Shown here one piece after another: positions 12,027 to 25,804 of a stretch of DNA of 64,000 bases. The notes under the pieces are model-generated. The model made no database searches, had not been told where the DNA came from, and saw nothing but the letters and a program-made list of their open reading frames with translations. How positions within the stretch are numbered: position 1 is the stretch's first letter; the number at the start of each line of letters is the position of its first letter. A program made the position numbers and the translations under genes. The stretch comes from Macrostomum lignano (lineage: Eukaryota): contig NIVC01000163.1 in NCBI GenBank assembly GCA_002269645.1, positions 1-64,000 of the forward strand. Reading direction: 5' to 3'.

Positions 12027-13000
12027 ACTGCTATCTGTTCCAATACGCTTCACTGGACGTCAACAAAACGGGACGAAATCTATTTTAAAACGAATTGTCA
12101 TTTTAAAATAATAAACAAAAATATGCGCACAAAACGTTTCACTGCTAACTAGCAATAAGTAATCATATTAATTTAAACAGTCTTTGACTTTGTGTTTAAA
12201 AACAGTTTTGTCTGATGTGCGAGCGTATTTCTGTGTGGTCGCTTGTTACAGATCAGCTGAATGAGTGTCCATGTAAATAGCGAGAGAGCCTTCTCGCTGC
12301 TTGAAGGTATACACTGTGGTCTTGATTGAGACAGAAAGCAAGCCCTCCCCCCCCCCTAGCGACTAAATAAATGTGTTTTAGATATCAAGATAGAGCGTAA
12401 AAAAGATTAATTACAATAAGAATGAGGTATAGCAACATTGGAGTGCTCTGAATCCTATGACAGGTAGTTCCTAAATTGGAACTTCTGGTAGAATATTTGC
12501 ATGTCGACAATCCGGAGAAAGTTGAAAAATTCGCTCAAATACGAAAATACGAACACTAGTTTCCTGCCATGTCTACCATTAATAGGAGTGTTAGTTTTTT
12601 ACAACAAATACAAAATTAAACTCGTGCCTATTGGTTTAAGCTGTCACGACGGTATTCTAAGGACGCGTTTGCGGCAAACACGCGCAGGGGAGCCCTTATC
12701 GAAACGTTCTCCAGTGTCCTCTAAGCTGAGTGACATCGTTGCATTTAAACAGTCATGCTCGCAGGATCGTTAAAAAATGAAACTAAAAGAGTCAGTTATA
12801 TTTCTTATAATTTTTTCTATCAGAATTCAACTAATTCATTTTAAGTAGTCCAATTAAACAATTTTGATTGACTTAAAAACGTAGTGTAGCTATGTGATCT
12901 ATGCCTGACCGATCTTTAGATAAATTTTGCAAACTTAGTAAGTCAGTTGGTTAACACCATCAATTTATTGACTTCTTAATTGCGTCTTAGATTCTCAATA

Positions 13001-13850
13001 TACAACAACAAGACAACAACAAAATACGCGGTCAGCGTCGCTGGCCTCAGGGCCAGGTCGTGAACGAACGCCACGCCGCTGGCCGAATCCGGGGCGCCGG
13101 GGTCAGCCAGCTGGCAGTCGACGAAACGCCGAGTGCGGCGCCTGCCCCTCGCCGGTAGGGTGCCTGCAGCGTCAGCAGCAGAACTCCTCTGCACCGGCTG
13201 TGGGCAGTAGACTCGGCTCGGATGCCAGCTGGAGTCGCCGACGGCGCAACAGGTCGCCTGGACAGACCAGGCCGGCGCGGTGATACAAAAAGCCGCGTTG
13301 GTGACTCGCTCGTCGCCGATCTTGAAGGCGGAGCGCAGAAGGTCAGCATGCCGCGTCAACTTGTTGCTCGAGCCAATCCGTCCAGGTCTCGGCGTTGTAC
13401 AGCAGGACGGTCTCGATCAACGCCTGGAACAGCGCCGCCCTCTGGCGGTCAGGTAGGGTCTCGGAATGCAGGCTGCCCTCACAGAACGAAAGGCAGCCCA
13501 GGCAAGCCCGCGGCGACGCCGCAAATCCTCGCGGACGCCGAGAACTAGACCGCCGAGGTAGACGAACTGCTGACAACGCGGAAGCCACATCGCCTGTCCA
13601 TCAGCGCCTCGGCACAAAATCGCAGCCTCGATGTCGTCCGGCACGCAGAGCACGACGGTTTTTTGCGTGTTAGCGCAAAAACTAGCGTCTCCAGTTGTCG
13701 CTGGGCGCCCTCGACAGTTGAAGACAGCAGGGCGAGATCGTCGGCGTAGCCAAGCACACTGAGCCGCCTCACCGGTTGACGTCGACCCACGCATCGCCGT
13801 CGTCGTTGTTAGGAAGAGCGATCCGCAGCATCCAGTTAAGCACCCAGTCT
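13001..13850 (-). mobile_element. 5'-truncated RTE-type LINE (RT C-terminal part and 3' end)
   Basis: LSVLGYADDLALLSSTVEGAQRQL and LIETVLLYNAETWT; (TTG)n-like tail at 13003-13022; lies between the two lipase genes. Confidence 0.88.
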
Positions 13851-14442
13851 TCTGGATTATACTCAGAAAAATAACGCTAAAAAAGGAAAGAATCGTGTTT
13901 GCCCCTTTCTCCTTCTGAGTATAACGTGTGTGTCATTTAATGTGCATTTTCAAGACCAACTCGATTTATCAGCATGTACTGCTCATAGATTTCGACCTTA
14001 TTTTGCCACTTACTAGAGATTCTTTTACTCGCTCTACAATTTTTCTTATCGAATCGCTCGACTAATGGTGCGTTCAATTTGTTTTACAGTTTAACCACCT
14101 TATCAGCATAGCATTTGGAATAATTCACATCGACTTCACTTAGTCCTCTGGAAAAAAATAACAAAATTTATTGTACATAATTTATGCCTAATCCTAAATT
14201 CCTGAGCATTATCTGGTCTCTGCGTCCATGACGTCATTGTTTCAAAGAATGGAAAATCGCTACAGAAAATTCATGGGAAATAGGAACCTGTAATTTTCTC
14301 TCAGCCCAATTACGAGCGTATATCGCCTACTTAAACAGAGGTAAGTATGGTGCCATTATTTTACAGCTGCTCAAAAAGCATAGTTCAATCGTTACCCCAT
14401 AGTTAATAAGTACAATAAAACTCTGTCGTGTGAAAACACGCC

Positions 14443-15957
14443 ATGCAACGGAGCCTTCTGCTGCTGCTTGTGGGCCTCTGCGGCTCTTCAGTCTATTCTA
14501 ACGAACAGACCAACTCCAGGGAAGTCTGCTACTTCGGACTGGGCTGCTTCAGCATCGACGGGAACTTCAACGATCCCGTCAACCGACCGATTCAGGTGCT
14601 GCCGCAGGACCCCTACACAATCCGACCGACCTTCGCCCTGTACACCAGGCGCAATGTCAACACTGCTCAGAACCTGGTCTACAACAATAGGGACAGCGTG
14701 AGCAAATCCAACTTCAGGGCTAATGTGCCAACAAAGATCGTTATTCACGGATTCACTGGCAACGGTAACTCTGATTGGAACCAATCAATGAAGCGTGCCC
14801 TGTTAAACGAAGGCGACTACAATGTCATCCAGCTGGACTGGAGTCGGGGCAGTGGCTTTCCATTCACGCTAGTAAGTGCTGGACAAAGTCCTTTATCGCA
14901 TGCATATCGAACAATCCTTTGTGAAGAAAACTTCTCTCAAGTTTAAATCAACTGAATCAACTAAAAACTCAACTAAAAAAAATATAAAAAAATTAACTAA
15001 AAATCAACTAAAATCAACTAAAAACAACCAACCCTCCGAAGGCTACGGCGAACACCCGTGTCGTCGGTGCCCTCATCGCCCAGCTCATCGTCTGGCTGGA
15101 GTCGAACTTTGGCGCCAACCGGGAGAACTTCCACCTCATCGGCCACAGCCTGGGTGCTCATGTTTCTGGCTACGCAGGCGAACGATTGAACACCAGAAAC
15201 AAGAAGCTGGGCCGCATCTCCGGACTGGATCCGGCCGGACCCTACTTCGAGAACACCCATCCAGAGGTTCGACTCGATCCCACCGATGCTCGGTTCGTTG
15301 ACGCGATCCACACCGACGGAGACAGCACGTTGAGCATCATTAAACTTTCGGGCGGGTTCGGTTTGATGCAGCCGGTGGGACACGTGGACTTCTACCCGAA
15401 CGGAGGCAAGTCGCAGCCGAACTGCAACGAACCGCCCAGCGGAAGTGTCAATGGCATCATCGGCGGCACAGTCTGGCGCATGACCTGCAGTCACAACCGC
15501 GTGCAACAGGTTATGGTCAGCACAATTCTCAATCCACGGAAGAACTACCGGGTAAGCATCGTGGAGTCACGATAAGAAGATTTTATGCTATACGCCTGTG
15601 GCTTGCGTTGATCGACCTTATTTGCCGAAGTGTTATTCGAACTAACTAAATAGAAGCAAGACTGCAATGGTCAAAAAACCGCCCCATCTGCAGGCCTACC
15701 CGTGCTCCAGCTACGAGGACTTCAAGGCTGGAAGGTGCAGGACCTGCGGCACCACTGGCTGCGCCAGCATGGGCATGCGAGCCGGCGAGTGGAATCCTAA
15801 CGGCCGGGTGAACGTGAAGATGTTCTTGGACACTGCCGGCACTGAGCCATTCGCGAGTGAGTAGTGTTATGTTTTCTAAGTCTGAGAAGTTATTAGATAA
15901 CATGAGTAATTGCCTACAAATTCTACAACTCTACTTCTTTGCGCAGGTCTGGAATAG
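14443..15957 (+). CDS. Secreted pancreatic-lipase-family enzyme, copy 2; exons 14443-14871, 15042-15551, 15694-15856, 15947-15957; 370 aa; no PLAT domain
   Basis: Same exon lengths (429/510/163/11) and catalytic motifs as copy 1 (GHSLG, GLDPAGP, CSH). Confidence 0.93.
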
Positions 15958-16235
15958 CGGTACAACTTTAGCTTTTCAAACTTTGCGGCAGAAGAAACAA
16001 TCGTGCAATGAAGCTCCTTCAGGTTTTAAAACTTCGAGCTATTAATTTCTGGAAATACACGGAAGAAAGATTGGAGAAAATTTCAAGTTTCTATTATCCT
16101 ACTCTTCATGGATGATGAAAATGTACACGCCAGTTGAGTAATGATTAAAACAAAGATTTGCTTTTCTCGTTCTTTTTAAATTAGGTGCACGTAGTCTTTT
16201 GCTCGTGTAAGCATGCACGTTTGCTTTGGCATTAA

Positions 16236-19193
16236 CAGTAGAAAGACCACGCCATTTTTCCCCCATGGGGAAAGACCACGGGGTGTATTACAAATGCACA
16301 CAACCCATTTCACGATAGCTTGCAAACCGAATTACTGATTTTCGTAAAAGTCCACCATATGGATCAAAATTTTCCGCCATTTCCGACGAACTAACTTTCA
16401 AAGTCATCCGACGTCAGCATCGTCAAGATATTCAACGATTCTTGTCGAAGACACTGGTGGCAAGGACAACCAACACTACACTGTATAAACTTTTATGATG
16501 AATCCATATTGGCTCAATAATTTGGGTCCATCTGTCGTAAAGGCCTTTGTTCTCAGCATCCCAGGCACCAGAGTCCCCTTCATCACCGTCTAAAGCATCG
16601 GCGGCGACCATCGGGACCTTCAACAAAAGCACCCGATCGGTATCTCAGAGACGGCTGCGTTCCCAAAACTGAAGCGGAAGAATCCTCTTCTGCATACAGC
16701 ATTCAGTCAGTAGACACAATCGGTGAATGAAATGGAGGATGGCAACCCTCTAGGCTGACCTGTAGACATACAGGCGACCTTCGGGACCTTCAACGGAGTG
16801 CCACCACGCGGCCCCGACGAGCTGGCACCCCCAACATCGTGATTTTTCTAACGATGGCATGTCTGCATATTATACAATGGTCCTGTTCCATGTTCAGCAT
16901 TCAGCTCTGTCTGGACGACCTTCGGGACCTTTAACGGAGTGCCACCACGCGGCCCCGACGAGCTGGCACCCCCAACATCGTGATTTTTCTAACGATGGCA
17001 TGTCTGCGTATTATACAATGGTCCTGTTCCATGTTCAGCATTCAGCTCTGTCTGGACGACCTTCGGGACCTTCAACGGAGTGCCACCACGCGGCCCTGAC
17101 GAGCTGGCATCGCCAACATCGTGATTTTTCAATCAAGGCACCAAACCAGGCAGGTCTGCGCATTATACAGTGCTTTTGCACCATGTAAAATCGGGGAGTT
17201 ACAGATTTAATTAGCGACCGAAAATATTAAATATTTAATTTGTCAAAAATTAATGATATTACAGCAAGTAATGATATTACAGCAAATTCATAGCAGAAGG
17301 ATCTGAACACCGACATAGACACAAAAGCGGAGTCAATCGTCACTATTTAATTTGGTGCACAACGTGCGCAGTAATAATGACTCACTGTCTCTTCCATGGC
17401 AGTGTCTTCGGCAAATTCCTTCGTCACACATGCAACAATTCCTTGTTGTCGCACTCAAGGCACGCTTCTCGTCCTTTGAATTTTGTCTCGCGCAAGTTGC
17501 ACAGAGCTTTCTGCCACCAACTGACACCACAGCCGCCGCTTCGCGTGCCTGTTCCTTCATTTGCTCGTCGTTGATTTGACAACCTGCGAGCTGGAACATC
17601 AGCCGGTGATGATTGGACAGATTCTGAAGAAGAGCGGCTGATTGCGAGCGCTCCTCGATCAGAGGTTGCAGAAGTTGCGCAGCTGCCTTGCGCTGGAGCT
17701 CGTTGCGATAGTTCGGCGAGGCGCAGAGCTCCGGGTGCGCCAGTCTCCAAATAGCAGCGGCATTCACAGCTGCTATGTTGAGTATGCCGCCGGAGATTGC
17801 CTTCTCGCATGAGTCGGACTTTCGCTTGCAGTCGGATGTGTTGCAGGTGTCCGTGCCACTCTTGGTAGAGTTGTAGTACGTGCCTATTGATACAGGCTTG
17901 CCATTGGGAAGCAATTGTCTGTCGTGATGCATGGTTGACAGCAACATCACGTTTCGGCCCGCCTTGGCAGTAGGACACACGTGTGAGCTCCTTAGAAAAC
18001 CGGAATTCGCTCGTGTGTGGAGCCATGGTTTGAGTTGAATTCTTGAGATCGGCTGGCAGGCCACCACGAGTGCGCATCACTGTTCCAAGAAACGTGAATC
18101 CCATTTCCTGTACCAGTGTCATCTGAATGGATCAGCCAAGCGGCAAACAACTTACTCACCACTCCACACCTCTAAGCCCTCGGCCAGCCGAGCATCGGAT
18201 TCCTGTGATGCAAAAGTAGTGGAAGGCAGTGTTCCTTTGCCAGTGCAGATTTCCGCATTGAACACATAGCGGATGTCCATGTCATCCTGAATCTCTGGAT
18301 TCCCAGCCGATGTCAGCAGGAACAGCTTGGCACCTTTGCGACTGGGCTTCTCCTCAGAAAGACCGTGAAGTCACAGTTCACACCCCAGTAGACAACCAGA
18401 GTTTCGTCGACGCAGAGGTACGGCCCGGAAAGAAAAGGATGGCGCAGCTGACTGACAAAGATGTCCTACAGACGTCGGATGCCGCAGAGCTTGTCCGTTG
18501 CGGCACTCTGATGACGATGTTCGGCAGTTTCGAATTTAACATGGTGCAAAAGCACTGTATAATACGCAGACCTGCCTGGTTTGGTGCCTTGATTAAAAAA
18601 TCACGATGTTGGCGATGCCAGCTCGTCGGGGCCGCGTGGTGGCACTCCGTTGAAGGTCCCGAAGGTCGCCTGTATGTCTACAGGTTAGCCTAGAGGGTCG
18701 CCATCGTCCATTTCATTCACCTACTCCATGTCTACTGACTGAATGCTGCATGCAGAAGAGGATTCTTCCGCTTCAGTTTTGGGAACGCAGCCGTCTCTGA
18801 GATACCGATCGGGTGCTTTTGTTGAAGGTCCCGATGGTCGCCGCCGATGCTCCAGACGGTGATGAAGGGGACTCTGGTGCCTGGGATGCTGAGAGAAAAA
18901 GTCCCTGCGACTGATATGCATAGTTTTTTGAGTTGATGTGGTTTCATGATGAGATTTTGTGAGCAGATAATTTTTGCCAATGTTGGTGCTTCTTGCCACC
19001 AGACAACCCGAGGAGAATCGTTGAATATCTCGATGATGCCGATTTTTCGTGATTTCGAAGTCGCTTCATCGAATAGAGCGGAAAATTTTAGCCCGTGTTC
19101 TGGATTTTCATGGCAATAGGTTGAATATTTTTGGAGATACAGGCAAAGGAAAATGTGTGTATTTGAAATACACCCCCCATGGTCTTTCTACTG
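16236..19193 (-). mobile_element. piggyBac-family element, internally rearranged, TTAA TSD, long inverted arms
   Basis: TTAA|CAGTAGAAAGACCA ... TGGTCTTTCTACTG|TTAA. Arms ~16236-17195 and ~18535-19193 are inverted homologs enclosing a transposase remnant. Confidence 0.9.
17333..18540 (-). pseudogene. piggyBac transposase remnant (N-terminus missing, second catalytic Asp region apparently deleted)
   Basis: DKLCGIRRL*DIF; YLCVDETLV (D1); KPSRKGAKLF; YVFNAEICTGK; GTVMRTRGGLP; VMLLSTMH; YNSTKSGTD (D3); Cys-rich C-terminus CATC...CCMCDEGICRRHC. No DNxFTS motif. Confidence 0.88.
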
Positions 19194-20127
19194 TTAATTG
19201 GAACGAGTTAAAAGCTAACGAAATAATGGTGCATAGGAAATATCGCAACAGAATGAAGCTTCTTGCTCATTATATTAGTATATTCCTTATATAGGCTCAT
19301 ACCACACGGCTTCACGCCAAGATTTCAGCTTTCAGTTTTAAGTGCCTTCGATATAAAACAGGCACGCACTCATACACACAATCAAACAGTGGCTCCGACT
19401 TTCTAACCATCAGGTGTGTCTTTGGGCTCACGGGTGTTAATTGCACCAATTTTCGTGCCAAATAAATGTGGTTTTCTCAAATGTGGAATCGAACCAGGGG
19501 TGGCATGGCGCGAGAGCCATTCTTATCAACCATTGAGTTGCTCTGCCCCTTTGATCATCTCCTATACATTGTTAATACTTTCTTAATTGACGGGGCTTCT
19601 TATGCTTGATGAATCACAAATCTGTGCATAAAAAGCGTAAGGTCCGTTATTACATTCACATGTTTCTTATACTCGTACGCAACACAAACGAAACGCTGAC
19701 TTAAAGGCTTAAAAGTACCCAGCGTGCGCATTTCGTTTGTGCACATCTCCTCCCCTCTGCTCCTCGTTTCCCCCTAGCTTTAGTCAGTCGCCACCCAATC
19801 GCTGGAGTTCTTTCCATCCATTTTAGCCACAGCTGCCCGACTGGACTATCGCGTTTCGTCTTCCGTCCCCTTAAGCCCTCCAGCCAGCGTCCTGAAAATG
19901 CATCGCTTTCTGCGGGACGTCAGACAGCCACCCTTTTCGTCTGCCACGTCCCTCTATTTTCCCAGATAATTGCTAGCGGCCGAAAACAGCTACATGCGGT
20001 TGCCTCGGCGTCTCGCTGTGCCAAAATAGAGCCGAAAAAGAAATGAAGAATCCAGAAATAGTTTGCTAACAGTCGGAAAAATCGCTGCAGGAAACATGCG
20101 AAAAGTACTAGAAACAACAACAGCAGA

Positions 20128-20929
20128 AATGACATCAGTTGTATTGTACCTTCTGCTTTTGATTGCAATAATGCCAACCAAGTCTTTGGCGTCTACGCAA
20201 GTCTCACAGTGCAATTATCCACTGGCGCAGCAGCACTTCAGCCTGGAAACCACCGGACTCGACGGTTGTCACCGACTCGACAGCATAACCAGGATTTTTG
20301 GCGAGGCTAACGGCGCAGATTTCAACGATCGATTCGTTGCCACCCGATTTGCGACGGCCAATCTGGTCTTTGTTGGTCGAGTCCTACCGCCAACCAAGAC
20401 CGGTGACAGCAGCGGTGACGACTCTGCACGGGTGGAGCCTGAATGCTTTCTGAAAGGCCGACTGTTCTATGGTCAGCCAGTCCTACTGACCGGCCTACGC
20501 CAGTCTTTGTCCAACTCAGTTTGTCGAGACAGTCGTCTTCGACCGCGTCAACGAGCCATCTTCTTCGCCACCGCGTTGGCAGCCTCTGGGTCGTCCTCAT
20601 CATCGTTGGAAATTCGATTGAACGAGAACGGCGTTGAGTCAGACGTCAACCGAACGCTCGATTGGTTGCGTTGCAAGGATAACAAAGATTTCTATGAAAA
20701 GTCCAGTAGTGACTACTCGTGCTGGATGACGGCTGATCCTCCGTCAGCTGCCTGCAACGGAGTCAGCCTGCCAATAGCAATGCGCCTGTTGGAGCAGCTG
20801 TCTACCGGCGTCACCGATCTCAGGCCCGAGTGTCGAGGTGCTTCGCTGCATCGGGTTCCGTTCGAATTGGCCAATATGCGTTTGGGCCCATCTGCTGCCG
20901 CTGGTAAGTTTTTCAGCAGTAGCGCTTAG
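20128..20929 (+). CDS. Secreted protein with agrin-NtA/NTR-like OB-fold domain; may splice at donor 20904 to a downstream exon
   Basis: Signal peptide MTSVVLYLLLLIAIMPTKSLA. ANLVFVGRV..ARVEPECFLKG..VLLTGL..VCRDSRL..RAIFF..LEIRLN resembles the NtA pattern by eye. Strong GTAAGT at 20904; a phase-compatible acceptor at ~21590 gives GSEACPAPHF...QLI*. Confidence 0.6.
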
Positions 20930-23029
20930 CATGTGTTTGGCACCGATTTGATTGTTGCCTGGCAACATGACTGAATTCGAAGGAAGTCTAGAAAGTGAGG
21001 AAGATTTTGACCGAAAAGTTGGACGATTGATTCCAAAGACGGATTAGAAAGTCCGTGTTCGAAAATCGTCCAGCACTGAATGGAACTTCGCCACCATCCA
21101 GCATACACTGCTGCAGTCCTGGACTAGGTTTCGCGATTTCCTACTCTCTGTAACATCCATTTCGGCATTTGCATACAATAAACTCGGATCAATGCTTCCG
21201 ATAAGAAAAGTCAATGGCGCTAGCCTCGCCAGTGTGTGACAAGTATGAGAACTTAGTCGATAAGACACTGTGACACCCAATTTATCACCAATCAAGAGCA
21301 ACTATCTCTACTGAATGACGTAGATGTACTTAAATGATGTATACAGTTGTTTTAGATAAACAGTGACCCGTTTAATGCCAACATCGAAAGCCGTTACGCT
21401 AAATTCAAGGAAGTTCTTTTTTCGACACGACATCAAACTCGATTAAGATTCGAAACTATATTTATCCCAGTTGACCTGCTTCCAACCCGAGGCTTCGTCC
21501 CAAAGGAACAAAGGAACCAAGAATATTCCTCTTAGAATTCAAAGTCGATTTAGAAATCTAATTAATGACATTTTCTGTTCACAAAGCAGGCAGTGAAGCC
21601 TGCCCTGCGCCCCACTTCAAGTCGCCACCGACTGATGCCGTCTTGAATGAACCGAAGCACGAAGCCGCTCTTGGCCTTGATGGGATCCGAGGTTCAGATT
21701 TTTCCCAACGGGAAATTTACCCCCAGCTCATCTAGAATTCAATTCCAAAGCCACGGAGAGCTGAGAGGTTTGGGGGGCCACTTATGTGCAACTGGGGCCA
21801 GGGGCTCAGGACTATGGATTGCAGCTTTTTTAGCTTGGCACGTTGATATTGCAGATCAATAATATGATATGCAAATTTGCCGCTTCACCCTTAAAAATTT
21901 CTCCTATATGCAACTTTCTTTTGTCGTTCTTTATTAATATTTTTGGGCAGATTCACTGTAGCTACGAGTCTCCACGGGACCCATCTGGAAGACTTTTTTG
22001 GAGGGGGAGTAACTCTGGGATGCAAAAGAGAGCTGATAAATGGAGTGTGCCAGGATTGCAGTGAATTGATGGCTAGCATAAAAAACCAACGTCAAGCTTA
22101 TATTAGGAAGATGCTGAGCGATTACGTAATCTCTCTTGCTCTTTCTCATTCTCTCGGCCGTCTCGGCGAGGACATTGATGCATTGCCGAATAGTGATGGC
22201 ATCCACCATCCACCGCGCTGACTCCGCTAAATTAAATATTGACTTTACCGTTTGATTCCTCTCTGCTAAACTTTGGCGAGCTTGACTTCCCACCGTCCGC
22301 AGGAGGACTGTTTGACTAAGGACTTGCCTATCCAGTTATTTGTTCTGTTGTTTTCGGGATTCTGGGCACAGCTAGGAAATTCTAGATGGAGATGGCAACC
22401 ATCTACTTTCGACCTCTCTCATTTTTTCGACTTTTGGACATAAAAAAACGACAACAATTCCATTTCTCTACTCTTATTCTTCAACTGCTCCAAGTCCTTC
22501 ATTTCCTCACTGACCCGAGATGACCCCACAGGCGGGAGAGAGAGAGCGAGAGAAGGTGGGTTGAAGGCTCAAAGTGAATAGCAATTCTCGCCCACAGTCC
22601 CCCCCCTCTTCTCATTTTTTACTGCAGCACCTCTTCTTCTCTCTGTGTATCTTCTTCTTTTAGTTGTCACGCCCCTCCAGCCGCCCAGTCTGCTGTCACG
22701 CGCACGCGCGCCTGTCTGCCTCTCTCCTTCCTAGAAGGGAAAAGATCCCTATCTAAGCATTCTCGTTTCTCTTTAGCTATTCTTATTTTCTCTGTAGCTA
22801 TATTGAAGCACGCAAGCACCCGAGCCCAGCTGGCACAGAAACCCCCTGACCAGATGCTTTATCGCCTTAGAGGGTTTCTGTTGCTTGGGTGCAAAGTGAG
22901 CAGCCTGTGATGGAGTACAGTACAGCCTCCAGCCATTACATAAATTATGGATATCTAGAGCTTTCCTTCTAGTTGCATGTGGAATATCTACTCATCAGAG
23001 CTTTACTCTAAGGCTATCTCTACAGTCAG

Positions 23030-23600
<571 letters not shown>

Positions 23601-23974
23601 GTTTGTTTGTGTGCTGCTCAGAAAAGCTGGATAGTACGTGTTACAAAACGACTCCCTGAAATACCCTGGATGAACACTTATTTTGCTTTTTAAAAATATT
23701 CGGGTTTTTTCGTTAAAGCACAACTACAAGTAAACGGAGTCGAAAGGGCAGACTGTCTTTTGAAAACGCCATTTTCCTTCTTCTGCTTCTAAAAGAGCTT
23801 TTAGATTGATTAGCTTTCAGAAAAAGCTTCTGCAATGGGCAGTCAAGAAGGGAAGCATTCGAGCTGTCTTAAGCAGACCTTTTTGCACCCTACGCCTGCT
23901 CTAATCTAATAGCTTGGCATCTATTGCAGTCACAGTTGTGGACAGGAAGTATAGTAGCAGACGGAAACAGGGCC

Positions 23975-24405
<431 letters not shown>

Positions 24406-25110
24406 CTACCATTGCCTACCATAATTTTCCCATCCCTGACCGATATGTAATGCGAATGGCTTTAACAATCTAGAAGAGAGTGGGGATTCGTGTGGCAGGG
24501 CGCAGTCTCCACAAGGCAGTCAGCCAGTCTGCAGCAGGGCTTCTTTTTCATTTATTCGGGCTTCATCAAAATTTTTATTACTGCGCCCAACTCCTCATGA
24601 CTAGCTGCAGCGCGATTTCGCACCTGGGATTCCTGCAGAAGGAAAGGTGGGTTCCCATCCCATTTGCCTAGCAACTCCCGGCAAGGCAGCAGCTGGTCGA
24701 GTGTGACAGGTATTAGGGGGGGGGCTGTTATTTCTGACTGAACGTGCAGCAGCGCCCCGGGAGACAAGGGGCCGGGGGGGGAGTACACAGAATATGCATT
24801 GCCGAATTCGCCCTGTCCGAGGCCACTAACCCTCTCTATTCTATTCTACTGTTTTCTGGTCGAAAGAAACTTTTTTATATGAACTTGGGCTATCGCTGCG
24901 AGGCTGGACAAGACGAGAGATTTGAGTGGGAGGCGCGGGGGTAAGAGAAAAGGGAGAAGAGCTGTGAGGATTACTATAAGCTTTCAAAGATATCCCCTAT
25001 AATCATCTCTTAATACTAAATGCACATACACAATACGGCTTTCTAACACCGCAGATGAGGATTATTAGTAATGCTGCATCCGCTTGGTTGTACTTTTATA
25101 CCAAATAATA

Positions 25111-25804
25111 TACTTTTTTGCGATTGAATTCGTCCAAACTGCAAAACCTTTCGTCCACAAATGCTTTCTTAATGGGAGCTAAATTTAGATCATACCAAAG
25201 ACAACTGTGTTCACGCAAAACGGTTCATCCAGTTTGTAAAACATTTCGTCCCCTAGACTAGAGACCGAGTGTACTGTTCCTACCATAGTTAACACCCAAT
25301 TGACAGTTCGCTTTTGCTACTACTACAGCTACAGCAACGCATATCTTCCATTCTGAACCCGGCTAAACAGTCGAAGATGAACCGAGGCCCCTACCATCCA
25401 GTGTCAACGAAGACCGCAGGCGATTAGCCTTGGCTGTTGAAGAAGGCCGCGATTGGAAACAACTGGCCGATATCCTTGGGATCAAGAGAAAGACAGCCAA
25501 AACGATTGTCTACACCTACGTTCAAACCGGGCGCATTGAAAAGCTTCCATCAGCAGGTGGCCGTCCGAAGAAACTGCAAGAGCAGCAGATTGAGTCAATC
25601 ATCGAGTTCCTCGAGGCAAACCCGTCGCTCCGTTTAGCTGTTAGCTGTTTGGACGAAGGGTTTAGACGAAAAGTTTTACAAACTGGATGAACCGTTTTGC
25701 GTGAACACAGTTGTCTATGGTATAATCTAAATTTAGCTCCCATTAAGAAAGCGTTAGTGGACGAAAGGTTTTGCAGTTTGGACGAATTCAATCGCAAAAA
25801 AGTA
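25111..25804 (+). mobile_element. Internally deleted Tc1/IS630-like element (694 bp) with ~150-bp TIRs, retaining the HTH DNA-binding region
   Basis: TA|TACTTTTTTGCGATTGAATTCG...CGAATTCAATCGCAAAAAAGTA|TA. Internal MNRGPYHPVS/EDRRRLALAVEEGRDWKQLADILGIKRKTAKTIV...GGRPKKL...EANPSLRL with one frameshift and no DDE domain. Confidence 0.88.

Noticed and set aside
24480-24944. Several 60-80 aa ORFs around G-rich tracts
   Set aside because: No homology cues or coherent exon structure.
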